33,851 nucleotides of DNA, taken from NCBI RefSeq assembly GCF_004010195.1, contig NC_057755.1, positions 8,869,685-8,903,535 on the forward strand, written 5' to 3'. This document shows positions 11,197 to 22,397 of the stretch, piece by piece. The notes beneath the pieces were generated by a model. That model ran no database searches and had not been told where the DNA came from. It saw only the letters and a list, made by a program, of their open reading frames with translations. The stretch comes from Chiloscyllium plagiosum. Its lineage: Eukaryota. Every line of letters begins with the position of its first letter. Within the stretch, counting starts at the first letter, position 1. The translations under genes and the position numbers were made by a program.

Positions 11197-11610
11197 TAGA
11201 AAATTAACGTTAAAGTTAATTGTTTAGATTTGAAATAGTTTCGAAAGACAGAACATGACACTACAGTTTGCAATAAAGCTATTTTGTACCAGACTGAGAT
11301 GTAGGTTTTCCTTCATTATCACCTTTTATATCAACGAAATACTGGAACGTGTTTTCAGTGAGTGGGGATCTCACACAGTTTGCTAATCGAAACCTTTTCT
11401 TTCTAGAAAAATAACGTTAAAGTTAATTGTTTAGATTTGAAATGGTTTGGAAAACATAACATGACACTACAGTTTGCAATAAAGCTATTTTGTACCAGAC
11501 TGTGATGTAGGTTTTCCTTCATTATCACCTTTTATATCAACGAAATACTGGAACGTGTTTTCAGTGAGTGGGGATCTCACACAGTTTGCTAATCGAAACC
11601 TTTTCTTTCT
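11197..11610. repeat. Tandem duplication, ~207-bp unit x2
   Basis: Units start TAGAAAA at 11197 and 11404, with a few substitutions and a 1-bp indel. Single copy in the paralog (32633-32842). Confidence 0.93.
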
Positions 11611-12736
11611 TATGAAAGAACGGAGCTCTGCATTTATGACATAAAGTCAGTATGATTTGACAGCGTTATAAGAGTAAGGGCGAGAGTGTGGTGCTGGAAA
11701 AGAACAGCAAGTCATGCAGAGTCTGATCAGCAGGGAATTGAGGTTTCGTGCAAGAGCCTACATGAGGAATGAGTTTTGCAAGCTAATGAAATGGCGAGAT
11801 AAATGGGAGGTGGGTGAGACTGGGGGTAGTTAGATGAGAGTCCGATAGGGTGTTGGAGGTGGGTTTAAAGGTGATCGGTCAGAGTGGAGGGTGGAGTGGA
11901 CTAGAGGGAAGTTTACCAGGCAGGACAGGTCATGAGGATGGTACCGAGTTGAAAGATTGTAACAGGGATAAGACTGGGGAGGGGAAATGAGGAAACTGAT
12001 GAAGTCAACATTGATGCTGTGTGTTTTGTGGGTCCCAATGCGAAAGATGAGGCGTTATTCTTCCAGGCGTCGGGTGGTCAGTGTGTGATAATGGATAAGA
12101 CCCCGGATCTGCATGTCCTTGGCAGAGTGGCAGGGGAAGTTGAATTGTTCGGCCATGGGGCAGTGGGGCTGGTTGATCTGGGTGTCCCGGAGATGTTCTC
12201 TGAAGCGCTCTGCGAGTCGGTACCCTCTCACCCCAGTGTAGAGGAGATGGCATCGAGAGCAACGGATACAGTAAATGACATGCGTGGAAGTACAGGCCTG
12301 TTTTGATGGATGTAAAAGGCTCCTTTGGGGCCTTGGACTGAGATGATGGGGGAGGTGTGGGCAGAGGTTTTGAATTCCTACAGTGGCTACGGAAGATGCC
12401 GAGAGGAGAAGTGTGTGTTGCTGGAGTGCATGGATAGGAAAAGAGAGTGGCAGAGGGGATGGTTTTTACAGAAAGTCGAAAGGGGTAAGGAGGGAAATAT
12501 ACCTGGTGATACGGTCCATTTGTAAGTGATGGAAATGGAGAGGATGATGCAATGTGTACGACATTGGTGGGGTGGAAGGTAAGGACCTGGGATTTTCTGT
12601 CCTTTTTGCACTTGGAGGGGTGGGGTTCGAGGACGGAGGTTCAGGACGTGGAGGTCATGCGCTGGAATGCACCTCGCCACTCACCACCAACGAATGGCTG
12701 AAAGGAACCTTACACATCCATCCCGACGCTTTCCTG

Positions 12737-12943
12737 GTTAAAAATCACACAACACCAGGTTATAGTCCAACAGGTTTAATTGGAAGCACACTAGCTTTCG
12801 GAGCGACGCTCCTTCATCAGGTGATTGAAGGAGCGTCACTCCGAATGCTAGTGCGCTTCCCATTAAACCTGTTGGACTATAACCTAGCGTTGTGTGATTT
12901 TTAACTTTGTACACCCCAGTCCAACACCGGCATCTCCAAATCA
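12737..12943. mobile_element. Palindromic Penelope-derived short element nested in the larger Penelope-like element
   Basis: About 80-bp imperfect inverted arms at 12737-12816 and 12826-12905, then a tail ending ctccaaatcat. Confidence 0.82.
12789..12823 (-). ncRNA. Minimal type I hammerhead ribozyme motif
   Basis: Minus strand CAC-CTGATGA-A-GGAGC-GTC-GCTCC-GAAA-GCTA-GTG: stem I CAC/GTG, stem II GGAGC/GCTCC, intact catalytic core, UA cleavage site. Confidence 0.72.
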
Positions 12944-13741
12944 TGCCGTTTACCTGCACTTCCATGTAATTTACTATATCCATTGCTTCCTCTGCAGTCT
13001 CCTTTACGCTGGGGAGACAGGGCACTTACTTGCAGAGCTCTTCAGAGAACATCCTCGGGATACTGGCAACAACCAACCCTACTGCTCCATGGCCATTATC
13101 GACAACTCCCCCTCTGACTCCACCAAGGACATGCAAGTCTGTGCCTCCTCTATTGTCACACCCAAACCATCTGACGCCTGGAGGAAGAATGCCTCACCTT
13201 CCGCATTGGGACCCTAAAAGCATAAGGAAACAATATGGACTTAACCAGCTTTCTAATTTCCCCTCCCCTCACCTTAATCCTGTTACAAATTTCGAAATCC
13301 GTACATCCGTCATGATCTGTCCTACCTGTCCATCTACCTTCCCATCTATCCACTCCACACTCCTCTCCAAATTACCAGCATTACCCCCACCTCTATTACC
13401 TATCGCACTCTTAACCACCTTCCCCCCAGCTCTACCACCCTCCCATTATATCTCCATCCCATAGGCTCCCAGTTTCATTCCTAATGAAGGGCTCTTGCCC
13501 GAAACATCGATTTTCTAACTCCTCAAATTCAGTCTAACCTGTTGTGCTTTCCTGCATCACACTGGCGACTCAGATCTCCAGCATCTGAAGTCCTCACTTT
13601 CTCGTCGAAGAGTAAGATGCCAAGTGGGTAATGACGCAGGACAGCAGATTAATGGGGTGCATCATAGTCAGCGCGCCAAGGTGCCAGGGATGTAGGTTGT
13701 CAACCAATGAAGATTTTGAACGTACCCTAGCATGTGCGTAG

Positions 13742-13816
13742 TGTAGTGATTGAGTTGCATCATTGTGGCCGGGAACCTGGTCCGATCAGAGAGCCCTTGC
13801 TGACAGAAATAAATAG
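13742..13816 (+). mobile_element. 5' part of the short Gypsy LTR, ending at a Tx1 insertion
   Basis: TGTAGTGAT...aacctggtccgatcagagagcccttgctgacagaaataaatag matches 4521-4563. Confidence 0.72.
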
Positions 13817-14940
13817 CAGGGATGCAGGGCAGGGGTAGACATCCGGTTCGTGGCCACCACCATCAGACGCCTTAAAATGGAGGTGCTCGGACTCGACGTA
13901 GTGCATCAGTTGGAGGATGCTCAGGTGTGCATTGGAATCCTGTCCGCGCTGACCTCTGCGCGGATAGGATTTCACATTGGCCCCCAAGATCCCTTACTTT
14001 CCGCGGGAGCCTGTGCCCCACAACCTGAGCCGCCTCCAGAACTTTAATTTTGTCCCTTTTAAGAACATAAAAAGGCGGGCCCTGTATCGACTGCTTCTGC
14101 ACACCGTCCACCTCTTTTCCTTCATCCACCATCCGGACACGCCCATTTGCCACGGGGCGGTGGAGATCCCCAGTGGAGGGCTGTCTACGTGGGAGCCCTC
14201 TCCCTGTCTCTCGGGGATCTGGGGTGGAGGGTGCTGCCCGCAGCGGTCCCCTGTAACTGCAGATTGCGGTGGTTCACGGACTCCCAGCCCAACTGCTTGT
14301 TCTGTGGCGCTGTGGAGTCCGTGGACCATGTGTATATTGGGTGTGGGCGTTTCCACTCCCTTTTGATTTTCTCAACAACCTCCTCCTCTGCTTTTGGTAT
14401 CTCTTCAGTACCACGTTCCTGAACTTCAGACACCAGGTACAGAGAGGGGAGGGCAGGTCTGAAGACCTCCTTGTGGGTCTTTTCCTGGGCCTGGCCAAAC
14501 TGGTCATAAACAGATCCAGGCAGCAGACCGTGGAGGGGTCGTTAGGGCCGACTGCCTGACCCTCTTTCACGGTTACATTAGAGCCTGGGTGTCTCTGGAG
14601 AAGGCGCACACGGTGTCCACCGACACCATACAGCTGTTCAGGGAGAGGTGGGCACCGCAGGGAGTGGAGTGCATTATTTCCTCCTCCAACTCTATTTTGA
14701 TTTAATCCCTGCCCTCCTCTTCACTGTTCGATCACACAGCATTGCCCTGTCAGAAGGGCACTGCTTGTCACTGGCCACTCGGGTCTTTCGTTTCTTCCTG
14801 GTGGTGGGAATTTGAATACAGATTCGTGCACTTTGTGCCCATCACTGTGTCTCACACCTTCACACACACAACATGTGTGCTGTGGAAAAATAAGCACTAC
14901 CACAGTTAGGCGGTAGTGTGGGGGTGAAATATAATACAAC
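13817..14940 (+). mobile_element. Tx1-clade non-LTR retrotransposon, 5'-truncated copy A
   Basis: ORF2 C-terminus with a CCHC finger (CLFCGAVESVDHVYIGC) and LGLAKLVINRSR. Stop at 14703-14705; 3'UTR with terminal stem-loop and A-rich tail. Frameshifted. Confidence 0.88.
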
Positions 14941-14976
14941 AACAGGGGTGTCAGAGGTTCTGGAAAATAAAATGAA

Positions 14977-16093
14977 TAGCAGGGTTGCAGGGCAGCAGTA
15001 GACGCCTGGTACATGGCCACTGCCATCCGAAGCCTTAAAGCAGCGGAGCTCAGACCTGACGTAGTGCACCAGTTCGAGAGTGCTCAGGTGTGCGGTGGAA
15101 TCCCGTCCGTGCTTACCCAAGCCCGACGGAATTTCACATTGGCCCCACGGTCCCGGACTTTCCCCGGGAACCTGTGCCCCACAACCTGAGCCGCCTCCTG
15201 AATTTTAGTTTTGTAACATTTAAGGACGTAAAAAGGTGGGCCCTGTATCGACTGCTGCTGCATACCGTTCACCTCTTCTCCCTCATCCACTGCCCGGACA
15301 CGCCTTTGCGTGCCCATTTGCCACCGGGCAGAGGGGATCCCCATTGGAGGGCTCTCCACGCGGGAGGCCTTCCCTTCCCCTCAGGGGTGGATGGTGCTGC
15401 ATACAGCAGTCACCTGCAACAGCAGGTTGAGGTGGTTCACATACTCCCAGTCCAACTGCTTGTTCTGTGGTGCTGTGGTGTCCGTGGACCTTGTATATAT
15501 TAGGTGTAGGCGTTTGCACTAACTTTTTGATTTTCTTAAGAACCTCTTTCTCTGCTTTTGGTTTCACTACAGTCCCACGTTCCTGATCTTTGGGCACCCG
15601 GTATGGAGGAGGGAGGGCAGGTCTGAAGACCTCCTCGTGGGTCTGCTCCTGGGCCTGGCCAAACTGGCCATAAACAGGTCCAGGCAGTGGGCCGTGGAGG
15701 GGGTCGTTAGGGCCGACTGCCTGCCCCTCTTCCGCGGTTATGTTCGAGCCCAGGTGTCTCCGAAGAAGGAGCATGTAGTATCCACTAAGAACCTGGAGCT
15801 GTTCAGGGAGAGGTGGGCGTCGCAGGGAGTGGAGTGCATTATTTCCCCCTCCAATTCTATTTTGATTTAATCCCTGCCCTCCTCTTCATTGTTTGATCAA
15901 ATAGCATTGCCCTTTGATGTCAAGGGCATTACTTGTCAATGGACAATTGAGTGCTTCTTTTCTTTCTGGTTGTGGAAACTGCTCTTTGTGTCTCTAACTG
16001 TGTCTCACACCTGCACACACACAACATGGGTGCTGGGGGTAAAAAAGCACTACCGCAATTAGGCGGTAGTGTGGGTGTAATTAAAGAATATAA
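14977..16093 (+). mobile_element. Tx1-clade element, 5'-truncated copy B
   Basis: Collinear with copy A. CLFCGAVVSVDLVYIRC and LLGLAKLAINRSRQ; stop at 15868-15870. Confidence 0.88.
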
Positions 16094-16572
16094 TATAAAC
16101 AGGAGGGACAGTATGTTCATCGATCCCATAAATTGTCAAAGAGTGAACTTTATATCTCACGAGCTTCAGCCTGGATCTCTTTGGACAGTGAAGTTGAAGA
16201 AATGTCTCCCTACATTGCCTGGTAGCATCAATACCTATAAGAAAAGAAACAATAAAAAACTTTGGTGCGAAAATCTTCCCAACTTGCAAAAAGGCAGATG
16301 TAATGTTAACAGAGACTGCTTGGTGCTCCACAACTAGAACTTAAACAGGAAACAGCTTGTCAGCTGTCCAATGTGTTTTTGTTTCAGTCGTCACAAAACC
16401 AATGATTTTCATTACAGGCTGAGTGTGTTGTGCCGCGTGGAACTGTCACAGGGCTGGAGAAACACTTTCCAGCTAAAATCTTCAAGCACTGTAGTATTCA
16501 CAAAGATTCACTGTGAAATATAAAGAAACCACATAAGATGAGAAAAAAACATCAGAAGTGTCAGAGGTCCTG

Positions 16573-17972
16573 AATGTAAAAAATAAAAAAAGAAGGAAAT
16601 AATGAAGAAAAAATAAGCAGCACGGTCAGGGGATCTGTTCTTTGAGGGAGCTGGATCAGTGTGTGGAGGGCTGTCCACTTCTCTGTGTTGAGAAGGAGAG
16701 GAGAGGAGATTGACTTCTGAACAACCTGGAACCACCCAGTCAGTGTATTCACTGCTGTTGTTGTCTTCCTATTGATGAGGAGTTCATTTCCAAGTTTTGT
16801 TTTTCTTTATTGTTTATTGTGATTGTTTGTTTTCAGGATTTTCTTTCTGCTTATTTCTGTTAATTTGAATCTGAGCTCAGCTGCACAGACAGCTACTATC
16901 ACTGTTGCTGCTGCTGCTACTGCCTCGTCCTGCTTTTGCCACTGGAACCTGTACCTCGCCTGAACCCCAGCACCACTGCTTTTGACTGTGAATAACTGCA
17001 CTTGGGGCCTGCTCCCACGACTGCTGCCTGGGGCCTGCTACCAGTGAAGCTACCTGGGGCCTCTTCCACTGCTCCTGCTTGGTCCTGCTCCTAGTTCTGC
17101 TGCCTGGGGCCTGCTCCACTGGTGCTGCTTGGGCCTGCTCCCACTGCTGCTGCCTTTGGCCTGCTACCAGTGTGCTATCTGGGGCCAGCTCCACTGCTGC
17201 TGCCGATAATCGAGACTGTCGGTACTACTGCCCCAGCCTCACAGTCCCGTGACTACCATCGCCTGAGGCCCATGCAGAGGAAAGGAAGCCGGGGTTGCCC
17301 AGCAGCACGTAATCGTGAGCGCAAACACGGCAGACCCTAGCTGAACGTATGCTGGAGTAACCACTACACTAATCTCAGCTGCTTCAGCCCCAGCTGCAAC
17401 CCCGATCCCCTTCAGCAACCTTACTAAATTCCTGGGGGTCAAAGCCTAACCCTACCAAATTATGACCATCAAGACTTGCAGTAAGGCCATGGCTAATGTG
17501 GTCGGCCTGCTCGGCATCGCTTCTGCTGCCTGAATGTACGGGAAGGCCATATTTTTCCTGAGCACCGATCAGGTGGTGCACCTGGCCAAAGAGAAGGGGC
17601 TCACTGTGGGCGGGAATCACCAACCTGTCGATCCATTAGATGTCACGGCCCACAGGATCGTGATCTTAAATATCCCACCTTTCATTTTCATTTATTCCTC
17701 CCCCATCTCAATACTTTGGGGGAAATCTGGTTGGATGCCCAACCGCTCCTGCTTGGTCTGAAGGACCACACTGTCAGACATACATACTGCTTCCAGCGCC
17801 AGGTGTTCATTTGCCTGGCCCGGGATGAGATCACTGACGGCTCTTCCACCCTCCTCCATGAGGGCATGGCGTACCTCATCTTCTGGATGGTGGACAGCGT
17901 GCAGTGTCACATGTGCCGCGAGGTGGAGCACATACGGAGGAACTGCCCCACTCAGAAGGCTGCCCAGCCCAA
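16573..17972 (+). mobile_element. Tx1-clade element 5' half (5'UTR plus ORF1 N-terminal part), copy C
   Basis: ORF1 remnants MYGKAIFFL...KGLTVGG...RIVILNIPPFI and zinc knuckle CHMCREVEHIRRNC (about 17904-17946). Ends abruptly against inverted Gypsy gag. Confidence 0.82.
16900..17235 (+). repeat. Degenerate GGGGCCTGCT(C/A)CCACTGCTGC tandem repeats in the 5' region of Tx1 copy C
   Basis: About 8 imperfect copies of a 20-30 bp motif. Confidence 0.7.
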
Positions 17973-18275
17973 GCACTGTTGGCCTGGTGAGATTGCCCAC
18001 TTCTATCAGCATATCCTGCAAGTGATATGTTCCACTGGATGCATTTTCGAATGACAAAACCATTTGAAGTGGTAGTTGAAGTCTAGTTGAATTTCAGCTA
18101 CTAGGCGCTTTTGCATGGATACATCATTAATCTCACACTCGTCACCAATGAAGTACTTCCACAGAGGCCAATAACTCGTAACAAAGTCACCCTTTATTTA
18201 CACATGGAAACCACTTAACACTGGTCTGGTTTTCTCAGAGACAGCTGTCAGCGCAAACAGAACTGCTGACCCTCT
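17973..18275 (-). mobile_element. Gypsy element piece: 3' half of LTR, PBS and gag fragment
   Basis: LTR half 18275-18149 (AATAAAGGGTG...TTCA), PBS TGGTGACGAG at 18147-18138, then CEINDVSMQKRLVAEIQLDF, resembling the Mag-type gag motif CGIND..IQKRLLAE. Confidence 0.8.
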
Positions 18276-21200
18276 TTTTTTTATGTTTCCCCGCACGACC
18301 ACAAAACGTCGGTAGTGCTTATTTTTCCCCAGCATTCTTGCCATGTGCGTGCAGGCGGAGGAGCAGAACAACAAGTGAGTAAATCTTTATTTATATTCAA
18401 CCAGGAGGAAAAAAAATGAAATACCAGAGTGGTCACTGACAAGCAATACCCTTCTTGCCAGAGGGCAATGCTGAATGAGCAAAAAGGTAAATGGGAGGAC
18501 AGGGATTAAATCAAAATAGAGCTGGAGGGGCACATAAAACAACCCACTCTTTGTGGTACACTACTGTATATTTATTTTTAAAAATTTTCCCCCACTCTAC
18601 AGTCTAACAGTGGTAGCGCTTATTTTTCCCCTGCACCCATGTCGCGTGTGTGCAGGTCTCAGATACAGTGAAGAACAACGTGTGCAAATCTTTATTTATA
18701 TTCCACCACCAGGACGAAAGGAAACACGCGAGTGGCCAGTGGGAAGCAATGCCCTTCTCGCCAAAGGACAATATTGAGTGAGCAAAGATGTGATGGAGAT
18801 GACAGGGATTAAATCAAAATAGTGCTGGCGGGGCAAGTAAAGCACTCCACCCCTTTTGGTGCCCTACTGTTTATTTACTAGTTCTCTTTTATTGACCCCC
18901 ACACTGCAGCCAAACAGCAATACTGCTCATTTTCTGCAGCACTCATGTCTTGTGCGTGAAAGTGTCAGACACAGTAAAGAACAACAAGTGTCTAAATCTA
19001 TATTTATAATCCACCATCAGGACGAAAGGAGACACCCGAGTGGCCAGTGACAAGCAGTGTCATTCTCGAGAGAGGGCAATGCTGTGTGATCAAAAGGTGA
19101 AGCGGAGGGAAGGGGTTAAATCAAAATAGAGTTGGGCAAAATAAATCACTCCACTCCCTGCGGTGCCGAAAACTCCCTGAAAATCTCGAGGATGTTGGTG
19201 GATACCACGTGCTCCTTCTCCAGGGATGCTCAGGCACTGACATAACCGTGAATGGGGGACAGGTTGTCGTCCCTAACGGCCCCCTCCTCGGCCCGCTGCA
19301 TGGATTTGTTTATGGCCAGTTTGGCCAGGCCCAGGTGCAGACCCACGTGGAGGTCCTCTGACCAACTTCCTCCACAATCGTTGCCTAAAGATCAAGAGGA
19401 TGGGAATAACGTGCAACCAAAAAGAGAGGAGAAGGTTTTCTTGGAGGAGGTTCAATGTAAAAGTGTCGCTGCAAGACGTGAAGGCAGATATACACCAGTA
19501 ACTGACTGCCCTCCTCAATAGGGAGACTCTGAACCTGTGTCGCGACCCTGTGTGTGTGTTTTTTTGTCCCAGAAGAATTGAACCTATGTTCTCTGGATAT
19601 GAAGGACAAAATCTGGAGAAGGGACTAAAGGGAACACCGGGCCCACAACATGGCGGCCAACAGTTTGTTTATGACCAGCATTTGGCTCTGTAAGATAGCA
19701 CTCAGAGCAGTCCTGTGGCTTAGGCGTGTCGAGACTTTGACCTCCAAATCCTGGCAATTGGCTGGCCATGAATTAAACCTCTAGATAGAGGAGCTAGGTG
19801 GACATGGGTGGCACTCCAGCTGAACACCTGTAATTCATCCAACAGAGAGTCTAACCGCCACGGACTGAGCAGTAGTCCAGAGTATTTGGCTCAGTTGATT
19901 TTGGAAGAAGATGCCGCTGAGTACACCACCTGGCACTTGTGCAGCCTTGCCAGGTCAGCCGGGGCGATGAAAGTGAGGAGTACTTCGTTGGCATTAGCCG
20001 AGAGGACCTCTCCACTGCCCATGCCGTGCAGATACAGCTTGAACAACCTCTGCCGCTAGAGGCACAGGATACGCACAGAGAATACAGCTTGCTGGATAGG
20101 GGGCAGCCTTGATACACTCCTCTCCCAACGCCCACCAAATCGGTTTAACCTATATACAGTTACTGGGAGGACGAGGCAGTCGCGTGAAATCCCTGGCCCT
20201 CACCAGGAGTGCACCAAGGATGTTTCTCACACGGTTTCACGCCTTTGCGTCCAGCCCAGATTCTTGGCGTGCAGCCTGGGCTGACCAGAACACTTTATCA
20301 AAGGAGCTGCAGTGTTCGAGTGCCACTTGGGCTCTATCCCGAAGACTGCAAGCTTCCTATGCAAATTCAGAGTTCCTCAATGGAGATGAGGGGGAGCTCG
20401 GTGTCAGGGTGGGATGGGGAGGAGCTGAACCTGGGACTCAGAAACCTCTCTGGAGATGGACTCCGCATCATCCCTAATGCCCACCACAGAACCCTAACCC
20501 TCCTCCAGGAAGTCACCCTTGGTCATCAGCCCCTCCTCCACTTTGAGCGTGGGGTCTGGTGCGATATCACCAACTGGCCTCAAGCGACACCTAGCGACAC
20601 CGGCGTAAAAGTCCTCAGTGCAGCCCATTTTGGGGTGCCCCGAGGTTGGGTCATCGGGTGGAAAAGATTCGGGTCCCGCTCCTCCTCGGACACTGGGACG
20701 CCGTGGTCCTCAGGGAAGGCGTCCTCCACCACAGCCAAGTCGTCTGGAAAAACAGTCTGGGAGGGAGGAGTGTGGGTAACACCTTTGAACCTGCACTGCA
20801 TGAAAACCCAGCCGTATTAAAATGGTTGTTATTGCAACACACACCACGGGCCACGTCGTGCACAGGTTCGTACCCTTGGGCTGGGGCTGCAGTGGCAGCA
20901 GCAGTGGGGCTCCAGGTAGGTCAGGCCATGGTGCAGGAAAAGTGAAAGGCGCCACTGATACATCCCCTTGGGAGGGTAGCAACGTTGGAGTGCCAGGGGA
21001 ATCCTCCCCCTCGTTGGCACTGCACCTTTTCACTGAAGTGATACTGCCTTGAGGAATGCTCTCCCCTCCTTGCCCGTCCTGATGGTCGTGGGGGCTGAGG
21101 GGCCGCCCCCAACTTTTTACAGAATCTGATTTGCTGGGGAAAGGCAGAGGGCGTGGCAAGGATCCCGAGAGCCATCTGTGTCACTTCCTGTCCCTCCCCT

Positions 21201-21588
21201 GTTTTTTCATGTATGGGCATAGCTTCCTGTCCAGAACTCAGAGACACAGCTGCTGCAAGATGGAAGGGCAGCAGCGGGTTCCTCAAGGTTAGTGCCAAGC
21301 GTCTGGGTGAGTGGGGCAGAGCCTAGGCTCAGAAAACTTTGGGCCAGGTGTTGTAGGGCCAGGACCAGACACCAATGCCCCAGGGGTTTCTGTAATGGGC
21401 TTGGGGTCAGGAGGCATGGATTCCGGGCTGGTGGGACAGGATTCCGGTGCCGGGGCGATGTTGTCACAGCCACACCGCCATTGTCGTGCTGGGTTGGGGC
21501 AGGGCGAGGGTCCGATTTGGAGGGCGGGGACGCGGTTGTCTCCACAAGGACGGACTTGGTCTTCTTCTATGCCCTCTGTCTGGAGGGA
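18276..21588 (-). mobile_element. Tx1-clade element 3' half (copy D): late ORF1, internally deleted RT, ORF2 C-terminus and three tandem 3' ends
   Basis: RT motifs GVYQGCPLSSKLYSL (about 20120-20076) and VLSANADEV (YADD-like, about 20009-19981); PDFVLHIQR/QFFWDK; C-terminus homologous to copies A and B. 3'UTR units at about 18276-18558, 18572-18862 and 18877-19165. No endonuclease region seen. Confidence 0.85.
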
Positions 21589-22397
21589 CATGGGCTCAAT
21601 GTTATTGGTTATTGTGGATGCCCATTCAAAGTTGAGCCTGCATAGAGTTCATGTGTCAATCTCGCTGATGATGATTGAATGGCTGGGAGCATCATCCGCG
21701 ATTAACAGACTCCGGGAAGCATAGGATATGGAGAGTGGGACGTAATTTTCCAACAGGAATTTCCAGTATTTCCTGAAGTCGAATGGTATTCAGCGTGTTC
21801 AGACAGTTCCATAAGTGTCGCTGATGGGAAAAGACACTACACCAGGTTAAATAAGATAACCCTAGTACTACAGGGAGGGTGAAACACCATCAGGATCACC
21901 AATGCATTTTCTTATCGAGAACGACAGTTCAGTTCATTAAACGAAGTTTGGTGATGAAAACAAATAAATAGTGGTGCATGTGTACAAGGGAAATTTGACG
22001 TCCGCTTCCATGAATATCAATGTTTGGGTAAGTGATGCGGTCCTGAACAAACATGTAGATTATATGAAAGCTGTTCCATTGCAAACTGGGCAAGAACAAT
22101 ACATATCTTTCCACTCAGAACAGCCAGAAAATCTATCAGAAACCGTGGGGTCTCCCCTCTGTCTAGCATAGAAGAGACCACTGTGTCTGAGATGGATGCA
22201 GCCTCGATTCTGTTACCACTGAAGAAGAGGAGAAAAATCTTCTGTGACACTCTGGGGGATAGAGACTGGTTACGGTCCAGTGCACATCACCCGTGACTGA
22301 GTCAGTGTCAGAGGAAAAAGACCACAAGTGAAAACATCCCGGGAAAGGCTACAACAGATCGAGTAGGCTTATATCTCCGGAATTGGTGGGGGAGCAA
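21589..22397 (+). mobile_element. Gypsy integrase remnant and polypurine tract
   Basis: MGSMLLVIVDAHSK, FQYFLKSNGIQRVQTVP and VLNKHVDYMK motifs with stops and deletions. PPT GGTGGGGGAGCAA at 22385-22397, directly before the TG of the LTR. Confidence 0.85.

Larger units (their letters stand above)
11679..13607. mobile_element. Penelope-like element, inverted bipartite insertion with two GIY-YIG-containing arms
   Basis: Left arm (minus): VIYCIRCSRCHLLYTG..RLAERFREH (about 12190-12280). Right arm (plus): VIYYIHCFLCSLLYAGETGHLLAELFREH (12966-13052). Pseudo-LTRs with degenerate hammerhead cores at both ends. 9-bp TSD AAGAGTAAG (11670-11678, 13608-13616). Empty site near 32995. Confidence 0.88.
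2242..13816. repeat. Segmental duplication unit 1 (paralogous to 26016-33207)
   Basis: Collinear diverged homology through unique and repeat sequence, e.g. 2243-2490 vs 26017-26265, 7900-8220 vs 29945-30230, 10720-10870 vs 32180-32330, 13610-13750 vs 32993-33135. Confidence 0.9.

Noticed and set aside
13478..13510. Additional functional hammerheads (also about 3757-3796, 11740-11770, 29834-29871)
   Set aside because: The core or stem II is mutated (CTAATGA, CTGATAA, CTCATGT, unpaired stem), so these are treated as relics.
16900..17235. Possible CRISPR-like repeat/spacer array
   Set aside because: The repeats are degenerate, with no unique constant-length spacers. The context is eukaryotic and no cas genes are present.
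20209..21724. Many overlapping 100-200 aa ORFs
   Set aside because: They are GC-rich, decayed Tx1 ORF1 sequence and its antisense. No independent gene signal.
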